64,000 nucleotides of DNA from an uncultured Bacteroidota bacterium. Its GTDB lineage: Bacteria > Bacteroidota > Bacteroidia > Bacteroidales > DTGW01. Position 1 is the first letter of the stretch; every line of letters starts with the position of its first letter. Position numbers and translations under genes: made by a program. The notes beneath the pieces were generated by a model. That model did not search any database, was not told the origin of the DNA, and saw only the letters and a list, made by a program, of their open reading frames with translations. The stretch covers positions 3,628,424 to 3,692,423 of the forward strand of contig OY969556.1 of assembly GCA_963701015.1 (NCBI GenBank). Direction: 5' to 3'. Below, one piece after another: positions 56,815 through 64,000 of the stretch.

Positions 56815-59073
56815 ATGAAATCAGATATTTCTACAAAAAAGGATGTTTCAAAAATAAGTGCCTTCCGTAACACACTGTTAAATGCTATTCTGGTACTTAT
56901 TCCAATATTAATACTGGTAGTTTTTGAATTATTTCTAAGAATGGTAAATTATGGCGATGATTTACGATTATTTATCCCTTCTAAAGTTCACACTGGTTAT
57001 TTAGAAATTAACCAGAAAGTTGGCAAACGATATTTTACCAAATTGGGAAACACAAAACCAGCCTATGATATTTTTCTAAAAAATAAACCCGATAGCTGTT
57101 ATCGCATATTTGTAATGGGAGGTTCAGCTGCCATGGGCTTTCCTTTCGAAATTGGAAATTCATTTTCAAGAATTTTGACCAGCCAATTGCAGGACGCTTT
57201 CCCTCATAAAAAAATTGAAATAATTAATACTGCAATGGCGGCAGTTAATAGTTATACATTATTAGATTTAACCGATGAAATACTTGCTCAAAAACCAGAT
57301 GCAATTGTTATTTATGCCGGGCATAACGAATATTACGGAGCACTTGGCGTAGGATCGGTTGAAAATGGTGGAAATTTCAGATGGTTAAAAATGCTTCATT
57401 TAAAACTAATACATCTAAGAACTTACCAGTTAATTCAACATATAATAGCTTCTATAACCAGGAAATTTTCACCCGAAGCCCAAATAAAAAGCACTGAAAC
57501 ATTAATGGCTCGTATAGTTAAAGACAAAGAAATTATATATGGTTCAAAGCTTTATAACGATGGAATTGAACAATTTAGTGAAAACATTAATGCAATTCTT
57601 ACTAAAGCAAAAAAGGCTGGAGTAACAGTGCTTATAAGCGATTTAGTAAGCAATATTCATGATACCAAACCATTTAAATCAGTTGCAACACAAAAATTTC
57701 CAAAAGCCGAAGATGTATTTGAAAATGCACAAAAACTTGAAAAGTCGGGAGATTATGAAAATGCCAAAAAAGAATATTATTTGGCAAAAGACTTGGATTG
57801 CATACGCTTTAGGGCATCCGAAGATTTAAATAAAGCCATCATAGAACTTGGCAAAAAAAATAATGCGATTATAGTTCCAATGGAATATAATTTTGAAAAA
57901 AAATCACCTCATGGATTTATAGGTGATAATTTAATGTTGGAGCATTTGCATTGCAATATTGATGGCTATTTTTTAATGGCAGATGTATTTTTTAATGCAT
58001 TTCGACATGCCAAATTAATAGATAAAAATTGGGATACAACACTAATTAAACCTTCAAAATATTACAGGGATAACTGGGGATTCACTCCTTTAGACAGTTT
58101 GGTTGGCGATTTGATTATTAAAAAATTAAAAGATGGATGGCCATTTAAGTCAGATGCAACCATGAATTTGTTTAAGTTCACTTATAAGCCTAAATCCTAT
58201 GAAGATTCTATTGCTTTGAACTGCATTAAATATGCCAATGTAAGAATTGACAAAATGCACGAAAAAATGGCCTTGCATTATGCAAAACAAGGTAAATATT
58301 ATAGCGCATTTAAGGAAGATTATTCTTTAATTAAATGCTATCCGTTTAATAGTGATTTGTATATTGACGGTTCCGATTACCTTTTAAGGGCAAATGAAAA
58401 ACAAAAAGCCTGTGAGCTTTTAAAAACAATGCCAGGATTAGATACAACATATTATGCACTTGCTAAATTGGGCGAAATTTATCTGGATCTGAAACAATAC
58501 AAAAATGCTGTTACCTATTTGGAAAAAGCACTAAAATTTACAAAACAGAAAGATGCTAAAGAACCTTTTTTGGTGCTTATGTATAATGCATATACAGGAG
58601 TTGGTAATAAAGATATGGCCAACCAAATATTGAAAAGAATAAAAAAGATTAATCCTAATTTTACTTTGTCCGAAGCCAATTCAGCCAATATAGGAATTGT
58701 TGTTTTATCTGCAACAGCAATAAATTATATTGATATGGCCAAAAAATCTGATTCCGAAGGAAATTATGATAATGCACTTGAATTATTATATAAAGCGAAT
58801 AGAATAAAAGAAAGTCCATATATTAATTTTCTCATCGGGAATATTTTATTTGAGAAAAAAGATATAAATGCCCTTTACTATTACGAAAAAGTATATCCTG
58901 AAACTCCGAAAGACCCGGATTTACTACGAAAATTGAGCTTTCTGTACATCATGCAAGGAAATAAAGTGAAAGCGCTAAAAATGCGCAATGAATTAAATGA
59001 AGTTGTTACAGATAAAACCATCATCAATAATTTAACAAATTTAATAGCAAAAATGAAAAACACTAAAAAGTAA
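56815..59073 (+). CDS. Membrane-anchored SGNH-like hydrolase/acyltransferase domain protein with C-terminal TPR repeats
   Basis: 752 aa with an N-terminal TM helix. SGNH-like blocks (RIFVMGGSAAMG, VIYAGHNEYYG, LEHLHCNIDGY). The C-terminal half has TPR-like repeats (GKYYSAFKEDYSLIK, GEIYLDLKQYKNAVTYLEKALK, GNYDNALELLYKA). Confidence 0.5.
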   Translation: MKSDISTKKDVSKISAFRNTLLNAILVLIPILILVVFELFLRMVNYGDDLRLFIPSKVHTGYLEINQKVGKRYFTKLGNTKPAYDIFLKNKPDSCYRIFVMGGSAAMGFPFEIGNSFSRILTSQLQDAFPHKKIEIINTAMAAVNSYTLLDLTDEILAQKPDAIVIYAGHNEYYGALGVGSVENGGNFRWLKMLHLKLIHLRTYQLIQHIIASITRKFSPEAQIKSTETLMARIVKDKEIIYGSKLYNDGIEQFSENINAILTKAKKAGVTVLISDLVSNIHDTKPFKSVATQKFPKAEDVFENAQKLEKSGDYENAKKEYYLAKDLDCIRFRASEDLNKAIIELGKKNNAIIVPMEYNFEKKSPHGFIGDNLMLEHLHCNIDGYFLMADVFFNAFRHAKLIDKNWDTTLIKPSKYYRDNWGFTPLDSLVGDLIIKKLKDGWPFKSDATMNLFKFTYKPKSYEDSIALNCIKYANVRIDKMHEKMALHYAKQGKYYSAFKEDYSLIKCYPFNSDLYIDGSDYLLRANEKQKACELLKTMPGLDTTYYALAKLGEIYLDLKQYKNAVTYLEKALKFTKQKDAKEPFLVLMYNAYTGVGNKDMANQILKRIKKINPNFTLSEANSANIGIVVLSATAINYIDMAKKSDSEGNYDNALELLYKANRIKESPYINFLIGNILFEKKDINALYYYEKVYPETPKDPDLLRKLSFLYIMQGNKVKALKMRNELNEVVTDKTIINNLTNLIAKMKNTKK

Positions 59074-59259
59074 ATTAGGTTGTTCATTACATTGTCATTG
59101 CGCCAGTATATTTCATTTATTTCGAAAATATTTAGGACTAAAATAGTTGTAGCAATTTCAATTTAAAATACCTATTTTAGTCAATATTTTTAGCCTTTTG
59201 TTAAAGCAATAACTATAAATATTTAATTAAACAGCTTATAGGTAATTAACAAATATATT

Positions 59260-61116
59260 ATGAAGAATTTTAATATATCAAATACCAAATGGGCAATAAT
59301 TTTAGCCTATATAACTTTAATCTTCCTTTATTTATTATATGTTGTACAACCTGAACTATACTATCATTTACAACAACCCGGATTTAATTCGAATTGGAAT
59401 TTCTTTAAAGAATTTTATATTTATCCCGGTGGAATTGTTCAATATTTTGCCAATTTTTTATCTCAATTTTTCATATTCGGATGGGCAGGATCACTCATAA
59501 TTATTTATATAGCTATTTCATTAATGTCATTCTTTTACAAAATTTTAAATTCGTATAAAAAATCAGATTACAATTATATATTGATGTTCATTCCTTTTAT
59601 AGTATTGGTTGCTTTGATGAATGATTATAATTTCCCTTTTGTTGTTTCTATTAAATTACTTTTTGTATTTATATCGATAAATATTTTTAATTATGCTATA
59701 AATAAGAAATTAAATCATTATACAATATATTTGATATTGTCTCCGATTTTATATTACTTAACAGGAAGTGGATTTTTCCTTATTTTTTCAATAACTGCAA
59801 TCATTTCAGCATTTATTTTATATAATAATATGCGCAGTAACTTACTTTTTATAATCACATCGTTGTTATATACAATAATTATAGATTATATTTCATTTAA
59901 ATTTATTTTTAATATTTCACCTGCCAATACATATTTTTCATTCCTGCCTGACGATTTTGCAATTTATTTTAAATATGAACCTGGCTATTTGTTCTATATA
60001 TTTTGTTATACACTTCCAGTAATGGCTCTGATATATTTTATTTATTTCAGAATAATTAAAAAATCCACGGATACAATATCGGTCAATTTTAAAGGATCTT
60101 CAAATTTGCTAATAACTTCAATATTATCAATATTTCTAATATTAGCATCTGTATTGCTTCATTATATTACATTTAATCAACATAAAAAAAATGTTATCCT
60201 TGCCGATTATTATTGTTATAACAATGACTGGGACAAAACAATTAGCTTAGCAAAATCTGATCCACAATATGATTTATTTATAAACTTTAATTACAACCGT
60301 GCAATAGATAACTCAGGTCATTATTTAGATTCATTTTTTGACTATCCGCAAAAAATTGGAATGGACATACTCAATCCTGATAAAATAAATGTGCCACAAT
60401 TAGCAATGATTACAAGCGATTATTACTATGATTTAGGTTATGTAAGCGAAGCACAGCATTGGGCTTATGAAGCCCAAACAAGTAATCCTTATGATGTTAG
60501 GGTCCTAAAACGATTAGTAATTACAAACCTTATATATAATAATATTATTGGTGCTAAAAAGTATTTAAATTTGTTAAAAGGGAATTTATTTACTGGCGAT
60601 TTTGTAAATAAATATATGCCATATATAAATGATACTTCGTTAATTACAAAAGATAAAGAAATATCTGAAAAAAGATTGATTATGCCAATAACTGGTACAC
60701 TATCTAAATCACTTACAATAAGATTTAATGAATTAATTAATAAGAATGAAAATAATAAAAAAGCTTTTGAACACCTGCAAATATCATATTTATTAGATTC
60801 AAAGCTTGAACCATTTATGCACAATTTATTACAAGCCACCAAATTTTATAATAATTTACCAAAATTATATGAGCAGGCAATTTTATCGTATATATATGTA
60901 ACTGATCCCAGGTTATTGCAAAATTTTAAGATAAACCGTGAAAGTTTTGATACATTTTCCGACTTTGTTAAAATTTTACAATCAAGTAATCATAATTTAA
61001 AATCGGCCAAAATATCCCTTGATAAATATAAAAATACTTATATGTATTATGTTATGTTTTTAAGTCCAAAAGTTACTAAAGTAGTATTGATTAAAAGAGG
61101 TGATCCAAATTTATAA
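59260..61116 (+). CDS. Large polytopic membrane protein with soluble TPR-like C-terminal half (resembles the Bacteroidota DUF6057 family)
   Basis: 618 aa. About 10 hydrophobic helices in the first ~300 residues, then a helical-repeat region (YYCYNNDWDKTISLAK, YYYDLGYVSEAQHWAYEA). The DUF6057 assignment is from memory, not a search. Confidence 0.45.
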   Translation: MKNFNISNTKWAIILAYITLIFLYLLYVVQPELYYHLQQPGFNSNWNFFKEFYIYPGGIVQYFANFLSQFFIFGWAGSLIIIYIAISLMSFFYKILNSYKKSDYNYILMFIPFIVLVALMNDYNFPFVVSIKLLFVFISINIFNYAINKKLNHYTIYLILSPILYYLTGSGFFLIFSITAIISAFILYNNMRSNLLFIITSLLYTIIIDYISFKFIFNISPANTYFSFLPDDFAIYFKYEPGYLFYIFCYTLPVMALIYFIYFRIIKKSTDTISVNFKGSSNLLITSILSIFLILASVLLHYITFNQHKKNVILADYYCYNNDWDKTISLAKSDPQYDLFINFNYNRAIDNSGHYLDSFFDYPQKIGMDILNPDKINVPQLAMITSDYYYDLGYVSEAQHWAYEAQTSNPYDVRVLKRLVITNLIYNNIIGAKKYLNLLKGNLFTGDFVNKYMPYINDTSLITKDKEISEKRLIMPITGTLSKSLTIRFNELINKNENNKKAFEHLQISYLLDSKLEPFMHNLLQATKFYNNLPKLYEQAILSYIYVTDPRLLQNFKINRESFDTFSDFVKILQSSNHNLKSAKISLDKYKNTYMYYVMFLSPKVTKVVLIKRGDPNL

Positions 61117-61127
61117 CACAACAAATC

Positions 61128-62615
61128 ATGAACAAAAAATATAAATTCAAATTACTGGTATTAGCTTTATTTGCGCTAATATTAAGTAATTGCAGCAAGA
61201 CCATAAAGGAATATTCGATTGTAAATAAACTCCCTTTAATTTTCCCTGATTATAATAATGTAGTAATTCCGCCCAATATAGCTCCTTTAAATTTTTATAT
61301 CAATGATTCGTCTATTAATTATCATGTTGAAATATATTCGAAAAATGGAGCTAAGCTAACAATTGACCAATCGTCGCCAAAAATTGAAATACCAATTGAA
61401 AAATGGCATAATTTAATTGAAAATAATAAAGGCAATAATTTATATATAGATATATTTTCAAAAAATAAAAATTGGATAAAATATAAATCCATTGTAGATA
61501 GTATTGCCAGTGAACCAGTCGATAGTTATTTGGCTTACAGATTAATAAATAATGCCTATATATTTTGGAAAAAAATGGGCATATATCAACGTAATTTGGA
61601 AAACTTTGATGAATCGCCAATATATGTAAATAATACAACCAGAAACGGATGCGTAAATTGCCACTCATTTTGTAATGGAAATCCAAATAAAATGTCGATG
61701 CATTTCAGAGATGTACAGGCTGGAACAATGATATTTTCGGATAAAAAACTTGAAAGGCTTAATACTAAAACAAAGCAAACTATTTCTCCATTTGTATATC
61801 CATCTTGGCATCCAAGTGGCAATTATGTTGCTTATTCAATAAATAAAATAAATTTGTTTTTCACTTCAAATCCAACTTCATTAAGTGAAGTGTCTGATTT
61901 AATTTCGGATATTGTTGTTTATGATGTAAGAAAAAATACTATAATAACATCTCCAAAAATTTGTACTACCAGCAGAGAAAATCTCCCAACCTGGTCTCCT
62001 GACGGAAAATGGTTATATTATATAAGTGCTCCTGCTGTAAAAAAAGGAAACGATAATAGCAGATTAAATGTAAAATACAGCTTACTACGCATATCGTTTG
62101 ATACTACAAATAATTCATGGGGAAATGTTGATACTGTTTTATCATCACGTCAAACTGGTATGAGTATTACATTTCCAATTATATCTCCCGACGGCAGATA
62201 TCTTCTTTTTGGAATGATGGACCATGGTTATTTCGCTGTCTTCGATAAAAATAGTGACATTTATATTTTAGACTTGCAAACAAAACAATACCGAAAATTA
62301 AATTTAAACAGCAATAGTACGGATAGTTATCATGTTTGGTCACAAAATGGAAGATGGATTGTTTTTAGCAGTAAACGACTTGATAATATTTTTTCACGTC
62401 CATTCTTTTCTTATTTCGATAAAAATGGAAAAGAACATAAACCATTTCTTATGCCTCAGGAAGATCCATTATTTTATGATTCTTTTATGAAAAATTATAA
62501 CCGACCAGAATTAGTAACCGGGAAAATAAATTTAAATCCTCGTCAGATAAGAGATTTAATTTATAGTCCAGCCAAAGATGTTACTTTCGATTCTATTAAC
62601 TATGAAAATAATTAA
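61128..62615 (+). CDS. Lipoprotein with a single CXXCH heme-binding motif and a TolB/PD40-like beta-propeller
   Basis: 495 aa with lipobox LSNC. CVNCH is encoded at 61650-61664. Propeller-type repeats WSPDGKWLYYIS, ISPDGRYLLFG, WSQNGRWIVFSS. Confidence 0.5.
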   Translation: MNKKYKFKLLVLALFALILSNCSKTIKEYSIVNKLPLIFPDYNNVVIPPNIAPLNFYINDSSINYHVEIYSKNGAKLTIDQSSPKIEIPIEKWHNLIENNKGNNLYIDIFSKNKNWIKYKSIVDSIASEPVDSYLAYRLINNAYIFWKKMGIYQRNLENFDESPIYVNNTTRNGCVNCHSFCNGNPNKMSMHFRDVQAGTMIFSDKKLERLNTKTKQTISPFVYPSWHPSGNYVAYSINKINLFFTSNPTSLSEVSDLISDIVVYDVRKNTIITSPKICTTSRENLPTWSPDGKWLYYISAPAVKKGNDNSRLNVKYSLLRISFDTTNNSWGNVDTVLSSRQTGMSITFPIISPDGRYLLFGMMDHGYFAVFDKNSDIYILDLQTKQYRKLNLNSNSTDSYHVWSQNGRWIVFSSKRLDNIFSRPFFSYFDKNGKEHKPFLMPQEDPLFYDSFMKNYNRPELVTGKINLNPRQIRDLIYSPAKDVTFDSINYENN

Positions 62616-62621
62616 AATAAA

Positions 62622-64000
62622 TTGAAGAAATTTACACTTATTATAATACTGAACTTAGTAGGTTTTATAAGCATTATAGCAGTTACAAATCCATTTTTGC
62701 ATAGCTCAGGAACCAAAATAATAAATGGCTCAGGCAACGAAGAGGTCTTAAATGCTGTCAATTTTGGGAATTGGATGGTAATGGAAGGTTATATGATGAA
62801 TACTTCAGATTTCGCTTCTACTCAACATGAAATTAAACAAAGAATTGAATCATTAATTGGAGACTCACTTACAAATGTTTTCTATAAAGCCTGGCTATGG
62901 GATTATATATCCCAAACTGATATTGATTCATTAAAAAAATGGGGATATAATTCAATTCGTATTCCAATCCATTATGAATATTTTGCAACACTTGGTTCTC
63001 CAACACAATGGGATAGTTTAGGATTTACAATTTTAGACAGCTTAGTAAAATGGTGCAAAAAAGATAGTATATATGCCATAATTGATTTACATGCTGCTCC
63101 TGGTGGGCAAGGGCAAAATGCTTCAATATCCGATTATGATTCTACCAAATATTCACTTTGGCAAAGCCCAACCGACAAAAGTTTAACAATTGCTTTATGG
63201 ACAAAAATTGCAACACGATACTCCCATGAAAAATTTGTTGGTGGTTACGACCTGATTAACGAACCTAATTGGTCATTGCCAAATAATACTGATTTGCGAA
63301 ATTTATATGGAAGTATAACTACAGCGATTCGCCAGGTAGATACAAGTCATATAATATTTATCGAAGGAAATTGGTTTGCAACCGACTTTACAGGATTAAC
63401 GCCTGCCTGGGATAAAAATATGGTATATAGTTTTCACAAGTACTGGTCACATAATAACCAGGCAACCATTCAATGGATGTTGGATATTCGGAATAAAAAT
63501 AATACACCAATTTGGTGCGGTGAAACAGGAGAAAATAGCAATTACCATTTCACTAATGAAATGGAATTATTTAATAAATTTGATATTGGTACATCATTCT
63601 GGCCATACAAAAAGTTTGAAAGTATAAACTCATTGGTCTCTTCAAAATGGCCTTATGGATACTCTCAGCTACTAAATTATTGGCAAAAAGGATCGAATAT
63701 GCCATCAAAAATTGAAGCATTTAATACGCTTATGCAATTGGCTGAGAGCAGAAAAATACAAAATTGCAAAACCAATCGTGATGTTTTATATGCGCTATTT
63801 CAACAACCCGGAAATAGAAAAACACAGCCTTTCGCCCCAAATATTATTCCTGGAGCTATTGCTGCTACAGATTTTGATTTAGGAACTTACCTAAATTCAT
63901 ATAAAAATACTCCTATTGAAAATCTTCAATCCGATTCAGCTTATTCTGCATGGAATTCAGGATGGGCTTATAGAAATGATGCAGTAAGTATTGAAGCATG
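62622..64000 (+). CDS. GH5 glycoside hydrolase (cellulase/mannanase-type), 3' end outside the window
   Basis: Not in the ORF track because it has no stop in the window. TTG 62622 gives MKKFTLIIILNLVGF..., open to 64000. GH5 catalytic motifs DLINEPNW (acid/base) and WCGETGEN (nucleophile). Confidence 0.8.
   Translation, partial: MKKFTLIIILNLVGFISIIAVTNPFLHSSGTKIINGSGNEEVLNAVNFGNWMVMEGYMMNTSDFASTQHEIKQRIESLIGDSLTNVFYKAWLWDYISQTDIDSLKKWGYNSIRIPIHYEYFATLGSPTQWDSLGFTILDSLVKWCKKDSIYAIIDLHAAPGGQGQNASISDYDSTKYSLWQSPTDKSLTIALWTKIATRYSHEKFVGGYDLINEPNWSLPNNTDLRNLYGSITTAIRQVDTSHIIFIEGNWFATDFTGLTPAWDKNMVYSFHKYWSHNNQATIQWMLDIRNKNNTPIWCGETGENSNYHFTNEMELFNKFDIGTSFWPYKKFESINSLVSSKWPYGYSQLLNYWQKGSNMPSKIEAFNTLMQLAESRKIQNCKTNRDVLYALFQQPGNRKTQPFAPNIIPGAIAATDFDLGTYLNSYKNTPIENLQSDSAYSAWNSGWAYRNDAVSIEA

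Overview
Visibly AT-rich chromosomal segment of a Bacteroidota bacterium. Supporting signs are a fused lpxC/fabZ, a SusC/SusD pair, three proteins with T9SS C-terminal sorting domains, and TAnnTTTG -7 promoter boxes. I count about 55 protein genes and one tRNA-Gln. All family calls come from motif recognition by eye; no database search was possible.

Gene content, left to right:
- Lipid A genes (lpxC/fabZ, lpxA), followed by START-like, DedA and DUF218 envelope genes.
- A nine-gene minus-strand locus: TetR, ECF sigma, membrane protein, LolA-like protein, two FtsX permeases, ABC ATPase and an outer-membrane beta-barrel.
- coaD, tRNA-Gln, and a YfiR-like/TonB-dependent receptor pair.
- PafA-like phosphatase, GH78 rhamnosidase, and T9SS cargo proteins including a 1100-aa PKD adhesin.
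- mutA/mutB, recX, prmC, ribD, purN, acpP-fabF-rnc, tkt, two glycosyltransferases and a Usp protein.
- A SusC/SusD locus that runs into a GH5 gene at the window edge.

Most interesting observations:
1. A four-helix-bundle gene of the 23S-IVS protein type sits between mutA and mutB, bracketed by a perfect 25-bp inverted repeat. A second copy lies inside the ABC/LolA-like operon.
2. A family of spacers built from short word repeats (core AATGTGCTAAT in gene sense) starts exactly on stop codons at five or more sites.
3. An uncharacterised three-gene module sits inside the SusC/D locus: an SGNH-TPR protein, a large polytopic membrane protein with a TPR-like tail, and a CXXCH beta-propeller lipoprotein.
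4. Tandem paralogs of an unknown sensor-like fold, a small protein with a histidine-heptad pattern, and a GC-rich structured element at the junction of the two permease genes.
5. Three conserved genes (lpxA, a DHOD-like gene, tkt) each carry a single-nucleotide frameshift. This means either assembly indels or early gene decay.
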